Below, in pieces: positions 49,468 through 59,324 of a stretch of DNA of 64,000 nt. The stretch is from Candidatus Obscuribacteraceae bacterium (GTDB taxonomy: Bacteria > Cyanobacteriota > Vampirovibrionia > Obscuribacterales > Obscuribacteraceae), in NCBI GenBank assembly GCA_044229845.1, contig JBGASG010000012.1:32001-96000 (forward strand), written 5' to 3'. The translations under genes were made by a program, and so were the position numbers. The notes beneath the pieces were generated by a model that was not told where the DNA came from, searched no databases, and saw only the letters and a program-made list of their open reading frames with translations. Position 1 is the first letter of the stretch, and every line of letters begins with the position of its first letter.

Positions 49468-51138
49468 TTAGTTCGGCGGGAAGGTGCCCGAACTAAAAGC
49501 CCCTGCCATCCAGTTGTTTTCCTGTGTCAGCAGAGACTGGACTCCTTGGACGAACGGCTCAGCCGGTCCAACGAGTTGCTTTGCAAAGGCGCGCGCAAAT
49601 GCTTCGCCTGGGACGTCGAGTTCCAGTCCTTTCTTCTGTTTTGCGATTTCCCAGTTGCTGAGTCCGGGACTCCAAGTTGAGCAGAGCTTCTGTCCAGCCG
49701 GAAGCCACTGATCAATTGCGGTGTTGCACGAGGTATTCGGCAGATTGAACTGAGTTCGATCGGCGTTAACGGCAGTAACCGCGAATGACTGCTTTTGGCT
49801 GGGATTGCTCTTGATGGCGTCGAGCTGGTGACCCAACTCGTGGTTGACTGAGTTCTGATAGAACGGTTCGCCTTGTTTGTAAATCCAGAGCCCAGTGGAT
49901 TTTTGGAGAACGTCACGGAATACAGCGGTACGTTTGTCGGACGTTTTGCTGATCCCGTAAGCGGCCAGGTCGGACCCATCTGGAGCTTTGTCGTTGTAAC
50001 CGAAGAAGTCGTTCCAGTCGCGGACATCGCGCATAATGTGAATCTGGATGTTGTTATTCTGGAAATCAGTCCGCCAGCCAGAAGGAATGTGCGAGCCGGT
50101 GGTCCTGCGAATACTGTCCAGCATGACCATCTCGGCAGAGTTTGGTTCATACGGGTGTACGCAGTTCCAGTGCTTGTTCGGCCAAAGAGTTGAGTTGTTA
50201 GTGTGGTCTTGAATCACACACAGAACCCAGACACCGTTAGTGAACTTCGACTTGGCTGCATAACGATCGGTGGCTGCGGGCGGTGTGGCATTCCAGACGT
50301 AGTACTGGATGATGCCATACGTATTCGGCATATCATCGAGCGCGCCGTTCAATGCTGCCGCCGTTGCACCAACAGAAGCTATCCTGCCAATTTGATAACC
50401 GAAGACTTCTTCGGGAGTGGCGCCGTAGACCTCGTCGAGGATACCCCAAGCATTCAGGGTAGGATATCCGTTATAGATCGTCGGCCAAACTATCGCTTTG
50501 CCTTTCGGCGGATTTTCATCCACATATGCAGCGTCGTAGTTGTATGCCGCCCTGAAGTGGTCATAGACATCTGGCACATTTGGCACGATCACTTTGGTGT
50601 AATAGATACGTCCCAGAATCTGTGCCATGTGGACGCGGAGCCCCGGGCTCGGCGTCACTGTGATCGGTTGCTCCACTCCGTTGGCATCCTTTTGCCTCAC
50701 ATGCCGAAATACAGCAGCAATTGGCGCAGTGACTGATCCGTCATCGGTTACGACGGGATCAGCGTAGGAGCCATGCGACTTTGCCGCCGGTGCAGGTGCA
50801 CCAGTAAAGGCTGCAAAGTCTGTCGCATTCTCGAAGAGATAATGCTCATAAGCTCCGACCGCTCCAGCGCGTAAATGTGCAGGCAGAGCCGCCGCCCCGT
50901 TGGTGATGTTGCGAGCATCGGTTTTGGTGGTCGTCCCACCATTCACGGTGTCATCGCAATTCCAATAGTACTGCGGCCAGTTTGTCTGCGCTTGGTATTT
51001 GTTGCAGGTGATCCCGCCTTTTGTCTCGGTATCCAGCAACGTTTGCGCATGCGCTGGTGCGGCTATCGCAAGCATCGCAAAGATGCCCATGAGTGCCATA
51101 CTGGCGAATGCCAGTAGCCTATTTGCTTTCAGTCTCAT
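49468..51138 (-). CDS. Secreted tandem zincin-like metallopeptidase (degenerate domain plus HExxH domain)
   Basis: Signal peptide ending AHA; NHELGHQLD and downstream EAFA; internal duplication. Confidence 0.75.
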   Translation of the reverse strand: MRLKANRLLAFASMALMGIFAMLAIAAPAHAQTLLDTETKGGITCNKYQAQTNWPQYYWNCDDTVNGGTTTKTDARNITNGAAALPAHLRAGAVGAYEHYLFENATDFAAFTGAPAPAAKSHGSYADPVVTDDGSVTAPIAAVFRHVRQKDANGVEQPITVTPSPGLRVHMAQILGRIYYTKVIVPNVPDVYDHFRAAYNYDAAYVDENPPKGKAIVWPTIYNGYPTLNAWGILDEVYGATPEEVFGYQIGRIASVGATAAALNGALDDMPNTYGIIQYYVWNATPPAATDRYAAKSKFTNGVWVLCVIQDHTNNSTLWPNKHWNCVHPYEPNSAEMVMLDSIRRTTGSHIPSGWRTDFQNNNIQIHIMRDVRDWNDFFGYNDKAPDGSDLAAYGISKTSDKRTAVFRDVLQKSTGLWIYKQGEPFYQNSVNHELGHQLDAIKSNPSQKQSFAVTAVNADRTQFNLPNTSCNTAIDQWLPAGQKLCSTWSPGLSNWEIAKQKKGLELDVPGEAFARAFAKQLVGPAEPFVQGVQSLLTQENNWMAGAFSSGTFPPN

Positions 51139-51665
51139 AACAGTGTTTCCTTTCGAAAGTTTGGTTTGGGTTTATCTCAGACCGTTGTTAATCCGGTCCC
51201 ACTCTGGGAGACAACTGCAATTACTTCGAGCGAATGAACGATGTTCTGTTCTTTCGGGAGTGGCGGACGGATGGGGAACGGCTAAGATGCCCTTAGCATG
51301 CAAATTCGGGACCGCAGAAAACCAGCGGCATTGCGAGTTGGTGTCGATCGCTGCGAACCCTGCGAGATGAACTTAGCGGCGCTTGCAAGGGGCAATAGCG
51401 CCGTAGTTGCAGCTGCTGAGCTTGAATAAATTGTCAACAAAACTTATGCCTCGCGCAGCATTGCGAATTCGTGGTGCCCGCATGGTGAGCCGAGCCAGCG
51501 CGAAGTGTCCTAAAAGAATTGTTTGCGATTGAAAGTCTACAGCCGGTAACGCAGCGTCTACAACGCCCATGAATAGCCAATGGACGTAACGTGATCGAAC
51601 TTCCTAACCGAGTGTGAATCAGTAAGGAATTCCTTGCACGGATTCAACGACCGCTTTCGATGCTG

Positions 51666-52376
51666 TTAGTCCTTCGCAAAGCCTTTAAAACGCGTTGGAT
51701 CGAGCTGGGTGTATAGAACCGTATGCTGGATGTTTTTGTGCCCCAAATACGCCTGTATAGCCCTCGTATCTGCGCCTTTTGCAGCGAGCGCATACCCCCT
51801 GGCGTGACGAAGCATGTGGGGGTGCACCGGAAATTTGAATCGCGCTTCTTCGCCAGCTCGCGCGACCAGGGCGTGCACGGTGCGCTCGGAGAGCGGTCCT
51901 CCGCGTTCGGAGACAAAGAGAAAGGGCGAGTCGGGATATTCGCGCTGCAGTTGTCTGAGTGCCCGTAACTCGTCGCCTTCAATCCAGTGGACGCTGGGAT
52001 CGCCGTTCTTGAGGCGATTTACGTGCAATTTGGCTGTTTTGAATTCAACCTGTTCCCATCTGAGCGCCACTATTTCGCCGACGCGAAGACCGTGGCGGTA
52101 GGCCATCATGATCAAGACCCAGTCGCGGAAGCCATGGCGGCCAATGTTGCGGGCGGCTTCTCGAAGTTTTTTGGCCTCTTCTGGCGTCAGATATTCGCGC
52201 GATCGCACGTCGACGTTGCGCGGTTTCTCCGGAGGTGAATTGGTCCGGCGACGTCGTGGGGCAGAAGCCTTCTTCTTGGCAGCCACCTTCTTAGACTTTG
52301 CCGAAAATGACTGCTGGCGAGGGGCAGAAACTTCCTTTTTTGCGACGACCTTGCGTTTTGTTGGTTGTTTAGGCAC
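51666..52376 (-). CDS. FimB/FimE-like tyrosine recombinase
   Basis: Catalytic set intact: HGLRVGE, RLKNG, HPHMLRH, LGHKNIQHT and Y; catalytic domain only, with a basic N-terminal tail. Confidence 0.93.
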   Translation of the reverse strand: MPKQPTKRKVVAKKEVSAPRQQSFSAKSKKVAAKKKASAPRRRRTNSPPEKPRNVDVRSREYLTPEEAKKLREAARNIGRHGFRDWVLIMMAYRHGLRVGEIVALRWEQVEFKTAKLHVNRLKNGDPSVHWIEGDELRALRQLQREYPDSPFLFVSERGGPLSERTVHALVARAGEEARFKFPVHPHMLRHARGYALAAKGADTRAIQAYLGHKNIQHTVLYTQLDPTRFKGFAKD

Positions 52377-52423
52377 TGGTTTGGACTCCCGTCACTTTAT
52401 GCCCGTGACGGGAGAATCATAAC

Positions 52424-52451
52424 ACTGCCTAATACGGTTCTTTTCAGCAAA
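52424..52451. other. Putative tyrosine-recombinase site, right (11-6-11)
   Basis: ACTGCCTAATA-CGGTTC-TTTTCAGCAAA; 52421-52450 matches 48741-48770 at 23 of 30 positions. Confidence 0.6.
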
Positions 52452-52610
52452 CACGTGTCGGTATTACCACCATATCTGGTGCGAAGGAACTGCCACCCGC
52501 TCCATTTGACAAGCCCGAAAACTCCTGCCGATCCCCCGGCTGAGTATTTGATAATATCGAGGGGGAAACCAAAGCGGATATTGGCGTTCTGACGCCGGGT
52601 GCGTGCTGCT

Positions 52611-54989
52611 ATGTCCTTAGAACCGCCGCCGAACAATCTTGAAAACGCGTCTGCGCAGGTGCACAAGCTGGTGGGCGACATTGATGCCCTGGGTTTGCGC
52701 GAGGCTTTCGAGAGGGTCCTGCAGGCTGAAATTCCGGTCGGCATTCTACAGGTTGCTTGCCAGAACAAGGCGGGCGCCATACTCGTCCGCGGCGGCTCGA
52801 TAAAGGCGGCTATCGCCCCTTCCTCGCAACTTCTGGGCGAGCCGGCCCTCAGGCAGATACTGAGCGCCGACGAAGGCAAGTATCGTTTCACAACGGACTT
52901 GCCCCGGGAGCCCGTCCGCGAGGTCCTGGACATAGACGTGGCTGCCCTGCTCAATTGGCGACACCCCGCCCAGCCAGATGTGGTGCCGTCGCTGGTACGA
53001 GCACTTGAGACCCTCATGTCCAGCGAATCTTATACGGTGTCGACCGACCAGCATATTCCTGTTTATGTGCCTGAGCCGGACACGGACGAGCTGATAGCTC
53101 TTTCCGATGAAGAAATGTCGGCGGCGCGAACTGCACCCGAGGATTGCTTCGGGTTGCAGGATGTACTGGCACGCTTCGAAGCGCAGAAGAAGCAGGAAGC
53201 AGAGGACCTCAGACAACTTACTAACGAGCACCTGAAAAAAATCGAGGCGCCGCCAGATCCTTCGCCCGACGATCGGCCGCTGCCCATGAACCGCTCAACC
53301 GATCAACAACGTCGGGGATCGGCAGAGCATCCAACTGACTCTCCTTACCGCATCACCGGCGGACATCGCGTCACCGGCGGACACACGACCGGTACCTACG
53401 CGCAGCTAGCGGCCGACCAAACAGCGCAGCTCCCCGCGATCTCCAGCGAGATTACCTTGCCGACCGGCGAGACCCTCAAAGAATCACGGACGAAACAGTT
53501 CAGGCAAACCTCCCTTTTCGTCGGCATCGCAACCGTGCTGATTACAGCGGCAGTAATCGCAACCAACAAAGTACTGACTGAAACCAACGCGGTGCAAGGG
53601 ATGCAGGGCGGCAATCAGTTGCTCAAAGATGGATACAAAGATCTGGCCAAAAAGAGTTTTGCCCGGGTCATCGAGAAAGATCCAAATAACGTGCCGGCAT
53701 TGCTGGGGCGCGCTGCTGCGTGTTTGCAAATGCACGATCTGCCGGCGGCGAGCGCGGACTACGCCAAGGTCTTAACCCTCGATCCCGGCAATATCGAAGC
53801 CATGAACGGGCAAGCTGGAGTTTTCGTCCAACTGAAAGACTACGCAGATGCAGTGGCAATCACCGAAAGCGCCATCAAGGCAAAACCCGACAATGCGCGG
53901 GCTTTGCTGATCCAGTCGCAGGCCTATTTGGCGATGGGAAAAAACAAACAAGCCGCTGATGCCGCCACTCGCATCATCGAGAAAAAAGCGCCCGACGTGC
54001 TGGCCGCCGCTTATGCCGCGCGCGGTGACGCGTTTCTCGCCCTGAAAAAGTTCGGCGAAGCTTACTCCGACTTCAGTCAGGCGCTGCTGGTCGATCCAGG
54101 CAATCGCGCCAACTTTGGAAAACGCGCTCAGGCTGAACTTGCACGCTACGAATACAACGCAGCGATTGCCGACGTCAACCAGGCGATTTTCGCCGATCAG
54201 TCTAATCCCACCTGGTTCATGCTGCGGGCGCAGGCACTGGCGAAAACAGATCAGCTGGACCGGGCAGTAGAAGACCTCGACAAAGCGGTAGAGTTGAAGC
54301 CCGGAATCGACACATACGGCCAGCGTGCGCGCGTGCACATGGCGATGAAAAACTACAGTCGCGCCTACGCTGATCTGTGCGAGATCTGCAAAGATCCGCG
54401 CGCACCAGTCTCGTACCAGGCACAACGCGACCAGGTGGAAGCCAAACTGAAGAAGGGACCTGTCACGAAGATTGACGTGGAGGGTTTGATCTCAACGTCG
54501 GAGCCGGCGCGCGTTCTGAAATATGATGAAATGGTGCGCGAAGGTTATGCGCGTCTCAACGCCGGAGACGCGCAGGGAGCGCTGCAATTGCTTTCGATGG
54601 TGGTAAAAACAAATCCGTCCGACCTGGAGGCACGTCGTTATCTAGCCCGTGCATACCAGAAAACAGGTCACGGGCAAGAAGCAGTCGAGCAGTTTAAGTA
54701 CGTGCAGGACGTGAAACCGCTAGACGGGCACGATACCTACTGTTACGCGCAGGCCATGTATGACCTCAGGGAGTACAACCAGGCAATCCCACTTCTCACC
54801 GCGCTCGTGGATCGCGAACCGAACTATGCCGAAGCCAGGGTGTTGCTTGTGAACTGCTTGTTGCTGGTGAACGACCAATCAACCGCCCTCGAGGTGTGTC
54901 GCGCCGGTGCATCGCGGGCGCGCACCGCACAGGAAATCGCCCGCTTTCAACAGCTCTATCGAGTCGCGCAATCGGGAGCGGGACAATGA
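52611..54989 (+). CDS. PATAN/DUF4388-like - TM - TPR protein, paralog 3
   Basis: Closest to paralog 1 (TLPTGETLK, LLKDGYKDLAKKSF); start re-placed at ATG 52611. Confidence 0.85.
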   Translation: MSLEPPPNNLENASAQVHKLVGDIDALGLREAFERVLQAEIPVGILQVACQNKAGAILVRGGSIKAAIAPSSQLLGEPALRQILSADEGKYRFTTDLPREPVREVLDIDVAALLNWRHPAQPDVVPSLVRALETLMSSESYTVSTDQHIPVYVPEPDTDELIALSDEEMSAARTAPEDCFGLQDVLARFEAQKKQEAEDLRQLTNEHLKKIEAPPDPSPDDRPLPMNRSTDQQRRGSAEHPTDSPYRITGGHRVTGGHTTGTYAQLAADQTAQLPAISSEITLPTGETLKESRTKQFRQTSLFVGIATVLITAAVIATNKVLTETNAVQGMQGGNQLLKDGYKDLAKKSFARVIEKDPNNVPALLGRAAACLQMHDLPAASADYAKVLTLDPGNIEAMNGQAGVFVQLKDYADAVAITESAIKAKPDNARALLIQSQAYLAMGKNKQAADAATRIIEKKAPDVLAAAYAARGDAFLALKKFGEAYSDFSQALLVDPGNRANFGKRAQAELARYEYNAAIADVNQAIFADQSNPTWFMLRAQALAKTDQLDRAVEDLDKAVELKPGIDTYGQRARVHMAMKNYSRAYADLCEICKDPRAPVSYQAQRDQVEAKLKKGPVTKIDVEGLISTSEPARVLKYDEMVREGYARLNAGDAQGALQLLSMVVKTNPSDLEARRYLARAYQKTGHGQEAVEQFKYVQDVKPLDGHDTYCYAQAMYDLREYNQAIPLLTALVDREPNYAEARVLLVNCLLLVNDQSTALEVCRAGASRARTAQEIARFQQLYRVAQSGAGQ

Positions 54990-55546
54990 GGCAATTAGGA
55001 AAAGCCGACCTGGCGCCGATTTGCTTCTTTCTCCTGCTTGTGGCTGTCGAAGCCGGTTTCATCGCCTACTCAAATCTGGAGAAACAACGCCTGGCACCGC
55101 AGGCGGTAGCACCGCCTGTTTCTCCCTCGCTCAAAAAATTATCCGCGCCCACCCTCACCTGCTATCGCATCGGTGCGTATGACCGCGCGCAGCCGGGTAT
55201 TCTCGCCAATATGCGCGAGGACAACTTCGAGGATTTGTCGTTCCTGGGCACCTTCTATCGAGAGTGTGGTCGCTGGTCGCAAGCCCGCAAGTATCTCGAG
55301 CGATCTCTGACGCTGGCGCAAACAAGCGGCGACCGCAAGCGGACGGTGATTGCACTCAATAATCTCGGTATGTTGAGTTGCATCGAAGGCACCACACTTT
55401 CGGGCAAAGAGCGTCAAGAAACTTTTGAAGAGTCCGAACAATATTTCCAGCGCGCGTTGCAGGAACTCAAAGAACTCAACGAACCGCAATTATCACAGAC
55501 CGTCATGAGCAACCACCGCCTTCTCCAAACCAATCGGTCGTCTTGA
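54986..55546 (+). CDS. Small membrane-anchored TPR protein
   Basis: ATG overlaps the upstream stop; TM helix, then LGTFYRE.G...A..YLE and ALNNLG. Confidence 0.7.
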   Translation: MRQLGKADLAPICFFLLLVAVEAGFIAYSNLEKQRLAPQAVAPPVSPSLKKLSAPTLTCYRIGAYDRAQPGILANMREDNFEDLSFLGTFYRECGRWSQARKYLERSLTLAQTSGDRKRTVIALNNLGMLSCIEGTTLSGKERQETFEESEQYFQRALQELKELNEPQLSQTVMSNHRLLQTNRSS

Positions 55547-56443
55547 GAAGAGGCTTCTGATGCGGTCGATGAAACGCTGAATGTCGACAGGATCGACGAA
55601 GACGACATATGCGCAGATCATCTGCGACTCGAACATCGGAATGTTCATCGACCATTCGATGCCCAGGTGGAGAAGTATGCCAGCCGCCAGAATGTAATAA
55701 CGAAATTCTTTGACCCAGATCAAAGTCCAGAGCGCAAATTCAACAACCAGCGTGCCCCAGGTCAGAAGTTTGATCAAGAACATATTATCGAACACCCAGG
55801 GTACAGGCAGTTTTTGGAAATCCAATAGACGTCCGACATAGTAGATTGCAGTGCCGTCGCACCAGGTTTCACCAGCCAGCTTGGCCAGTGAACTTTGCAA
55901 ATAGACTGTGCATAGTTGCAGTTGCAACAATCGCTGTGCCCAGATAGGACTGGTTGCCGGGGTCGACCGTCCTGATTTTTTGCGGATCAAGTTGTCCAGC
56001 GAAAGCGCATTTCCAGCCGGCGAAAGTAACAGATACACAGCGGAAAGACGCATGAACAGATCACCTGAATTGAGAATGATCAAGTTGCGATGGTGAATCG
56101 AAAATAGCGCCAGGGAAAGAACCAGCAAACTGGTGCGTGTGAAGAGTCCCAGTCCGGTTGTGATTGCCGTTATGAACAGCAGCGCAAATGCACCATAGAT
56201 CGCCCAGGGCGTATCGGGCAGCCAGGCAAACAACGAGAAGCGATCAGTGATCAGCCATTCTTTATTAGCGGCACTGGTGATCAATCCCTGAGAGCCGTAC
56301 CAGTTGGAGAGATCCGGCAGCATCAACAAGACGAAGCCCAGCACGTGCAGAGAAAACAATATGCGGTACGCTGCCATGGGCAGCGGTGAACGCTCTTCGA
56401 ACCAGAATTGATTCCACAACTCCCACAGCCGCTTCAACGTCAT
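55493..56443 (-). CDS. HTTM-domain (vitamin K-dependent carboxylase-like / SdpB-like) membrane protein
   Basis: GLFTR, RN..ILNSGD, LSLD, KL.G.TW.DGTA and LHLGI motifs. Confidence 0.85.
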   Translation of the reverse strand: MTLKRLWELWNQFWFEERSPLPMAAYRILFSLHVLGFVLLMLPDLSNWYGSQGLITSAANKEWLITDRFSLFAWLPDTPWAIYGAFALLFITAITTGLGLFTRTSLLVLSLALFSIHHRNLIILNSGDLFMRLSAVYLLLSPAGNALSLDNLIRKKSGRSTPATSPIWAQRLLQLQLCTVYLQSSLAKLAGETWCDGTAIYYVGRLLDFQKLPVPWVFDNMFLIKLLTWGTLVVEFALWTLIWVKEFRYYILAAGILLHLGIEWSMNIPMFESQMICAYVVFVDPVDIQRFIDRIRSLFSRRPIGLEKAVVAHDGL

Positions 56444-56964
56444 TTCAGATCCTCAGCGGTGACGGGATATATGAAAAACGTGCGGTTATGGAAGGCTTCC
56501 GGCAGCGGTTTGTTCAGTCCCAACTCTGGTGGTGGAATGTCTTGCCAGTGCCGCTGTAGCGACACATAGATAGGTGCGCGTGTGCGGAATCGTCGCGCAA
56601 CGAAACGTGCCGCGTCCGCCCAAAGCATACGACTGCTGTCATAGTAGAGATTGTCGAGCCCATACTTACGGTAGCGCTCTTGCTGCGGTCTTTGCCAGAC
56701 TGGCAGTTTGTCGTTGCGGGGAAATTCATAATATTGCATGGACCCATCGGCGAAGGTAACGACTGCCGACACGTACATGTTGTTGAGCCGCGGATCGGGC
56801 GAGAACACTGCAAAATTTTGCCAGAGTCCGCTCCAGAGGAGTCCAGGCTTGAGCGGCTCATTGAGACGATTTCGAAGCGGCATGTTGGGGAGCATCCAGA
56901 TGGCGTTGACGCCTGCATAGATCAGGATGCCCAGAGTAATAAAGATCCTGGTTGGTAGATTCAT
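56440..56964 (-). CDS. HTTM partner protein (SdpA-like)
   Basis: GLWQNFAVFSPDP motif; 4-bp overlap with the HTTM gene. Confidence 0.7.
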   Translation of the reverse strand: MNLPTRIFITLGILIYAGVNAIWMLPNMPLRNRLNEPLKPGLLWSGLWQNFAVFSPDPRLNNMYVSAVVTFADGSMQYYEFPRNDKLPVWQRPQQERYRKYGLDNLYYDSSRMLWADAARFVARRFRTRAPIYVSLQRHWQDIPPPELGLNKPLPEAFHNRTFFIYPVTAEDLK

Positions 56965-57049
56965 CGTTCCGAAATCCGAATGCCAAACACATTCAGTGTT
57001 TCACTTACAGCATCTGTTCAATAGTGTATTCGATCTGCGATTTGTGGTG

Positions 57050-57113
57050 GCAACAAATCCAACAAATTCTGTTGGATTTGTTGCAACAGTGTTTCCAACA
57101 GAATTTGTTGGAA
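57050..57113. repeat. Palindromic operator-like array; 19-bp site present twice in inverted orientation
   Basis: TCCAACAAATTCTGTTGGA (57058-57076) and its exact reverse complement (57094-57112); the first extends to a 15-bp perfect inverted repeat. Confidence 0.9.
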
Positions 57114-57207
57114 TGCAGTATCCAAGCCACTTGACGGGGATTGTGCATTGGCATAGGCTGGATGAGTAAACGCAGTTTAATAGAGTTATATGGGATCCTG
57201 CGTACCT

Positions 57208-59319
57208 ATGACGAAGTGTCCACAACCGAGGCCACAGCGTGGCAACACGTTGGCCATGATAGCGGCTCTCACAATTTTGTTTTTGCTGGTGGCACTCTTC
57301 GTGATGCTCTATCTGATGATGGTGCGCTCCAGCGACGAGCATCGCACCGCGATTGACTCAGCCGCCCTGGCGGCTGCCAAAGACGTTTCGCGCATTGTCA
57401 TAAACACCGATCAATTCGGCTACGTGGGATTGACCAGCTCGCCGCCGACGGGCACTGATACCAACGCCGGCGACAATTACTTCCAGGAAGTGCATGGCAT
57501 CAACGAACTGACTGCTACTGCGCGAGTCGATATGATCGTCGCCAATGAAATCGGCGACACGTTTCTGCGCGGACTGGCGCAGAGCGAACTGGACAATGTC
57601 AAAGCAGTAAAGGACCAGCTGACTACGGAGATCAATGGTGCGCTCCTGCCGGCAGGCACAGCCAAAGACGCGGCCGGGCAAACACTTACGCCTTATCTGA
57701 GCGCCGAACGTGTTTATCTAAAAAACCAGGCGAAGAACTCAATCTATGTTGGGGGTTCGATGCGGCTTACGTTTGGGGGCATCGAAGGCGGCATCGAAAC
57801 GGCTACTCCCGCCCCGACTCCACTCTCCAAGGGCGCCTGCACCGGCATGGAATCAAACGGCAAATACCTTTCCGATATGAACGTTCCATTCAATGGCGTC
57901 GATTTCGTTTTCGGCTCCGTAGCACGACGAGTCGGCCTCTGCGATAAGAACAAATTCCGCGCCTCCGTGCCCGGCTTGCCTTACCAGAACCCAGGCGTGG
58001 TGCTGGTGGAAGCTCAGCAGAGGTTTCAAGAGCAGGGCAGATCATGGAACATAGCATATGCCGGCTGCGCTTGCGCGGGCGGCACCGAATCACCGCGCCC
58101 CGCCCCTGGTGCCTTCACGATCAGTTTTCCGGATGGACCGATGCCCGAATTCACCTGCCCGTGCGACATCTGGGGCGCCGCGCTGATCCAGGGCAAGACC
58201 ATGGATGTATATCAAGCCGCGGCAGCCGATTTCATCAATCAAAAGCCACCGGCGCGTCTCGACACCTGGAGCGGCGCACTGCCCGTGGCGATGCCCGCGC
58301 AGGCTACGGAAGTGACGAAACTGGCTTTCTATGACTGGCTGCGCTGCGGCGGATCGCGCATCAACATCGACTCTGTAGTCGGCATGCAGTCGATGGGATT
58401 TAATGCGCCTTCGACTCCGAAAATCATGTGGAAAGCCACCGACCCCGCCAACGCACCGGCCGTGCAAAACCTGGGACTGGTACCCACCGGCGTCATTCAC
58501 ATCTACACATTCCTTCCCGATGGTACGGTGCGATATATATCGAAAGACGTGAAGCCCTATCCCTACACAGTAGTCGGCGAAAACCAGCTCTATGCCGAGA
58601 TGCAAGACGGCAACGAACTGATCAGTGCCGCGTTGCCGTTTACGCTCTCCGGCGTCCGCTACCTGACCGACGCCGCCGGCGTGAAGGTGGGCGACATCCA
58701 GTTCACCCCCAACTACGATCTATACGTCAGAGATCTGACGCGCCGCTGGGGCACCATATCCGGTGGCCAGCATGGCGGCGAGCGCATGGACGGCAACCCT
58801 AACTTGTCTTTGCACTCACTGACGGCGCCGGGCGCAGTCGAGCTTCTGCCCGCCGAAAAACTGATCGCCAGATCGGCCGCCGGTCAGCACGTCGGCGCAT
58901 CTCAGAGCGCCGGCAACCCGGACCTGATTGCTTGCTTACCGGAAGATGACGCTCCTTATATGCAAACAGAACGCGGCGAATCAGGCTTGCTCTCCGGTGT
59001 GATCAGCGTCGCCACAGGCATAGTCAGCGGTCTTCTCAGTGGACCAAGTTCCACCAACGGCACATCGACAGGCACACCGGGGCGTGGCGCTCCCAATCCG
59101 GTCAGCCGCCAGGACGACTTTGCCTCGTCGTCTGTACCGACCCCGCCGTATTACACCTACAGTCAGGGTCCCGCAGGCGGAGCCACGCGTCCTGCCTACC
59201 AGACCAATGGTCTGTGCTGTGACATTCGCTTTCGCCGCCAGCTGAAAGTGGGAGATATGATGTTCGGCTTGGGCGGCTATAACGTCGGCTACGTAGGCGA
59301 GATGCTGGAGATTCCTTAA
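57208..59319 (+). CDS. TadG-like large minor pilin/adhesin, paralog 2
   Basis: RGNTLAM, AIDSAALAAAKD, YDWLRCGG, GGQHGGERMDGNP and DIRFRRQ shared with paralog 1. Confidence 0.78.
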   Translation: MTKCPQPRPQRGNTLAMIAALTILFLLVALFVMLYLMMVRSSDEHRTAIDSAALAAAKDVSRIVINTDQFGYVGLTSSPPTGTDTNAGDNYFQEVHGINELTATARVDMIVANEIGDTFLRGLAQSELDNVKAVKDQLTTEINGALLPAGTAKDAAGQTLTPYLSAERVYLKNQAKNSIYVGGSMRLTFGGIEGGIETATPAPTPLSKGACTGMESNGKYLSDMNVPFNGVDFVFGSVARRVGLCDKNKFRASVPGLPYQNPGVVLVEAQQRFQEQGRSWNIAYAGCACAGGTESPRPAPGAFTISFPDGPMPEFTCPCDIWGAALIQGKTMDVYQAAAADFINQKPPARLDTWSGALPVAMPAQATEVTKLAFYDWLRCGGSRINIDSVVGMQSMGFNAPSTPKIMWKATDPANAPAVQNLGLVPTGVIHIYTFLPDGTVRYISKDVKPYPYTVVGENQLYAEMQDGNELISAALPFTLSGVRYLTDAAGVKVGDIQFTPNYDLYVRDLTRRWGTISGGQHGGERMDGNPNLSLHSLTAPGAVELLPAEKLIARSAAGQHVGASQSAGNPDLIACLPEDDAPYMQTERGESGLLSGVISVATGIVSGLLSGPSSTNGTSTGTPGRGAPNPVSRQDDFASSSVPTPPYYTYSQGPAGGATRPAYQTNGLCCDIRFRRQLKVGDMMFGLGGYNVGYVGEMLEIP

Positions 59320-59324
59320 CCCAA

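Larger units (their letters stand above)
48744..52451. mobile_element. Putative small integrative island mobilised by a FimB-like tyrosine recombinase
   Basis: Similar 28-bp sites in direct orientation at both ends, recombinase adjacent to the right site, cargo looks lower in GC, lies between paralogous TPR genes. Confidence 0.6.

Noticed and set aside
51139..51665. fimS-like invertible promoter next to the FimB-like recombinase
   Set aside because: No convincing inverted-repeat pair found by eye; the recognisable sites are in direct orientation at 48744 and 52424
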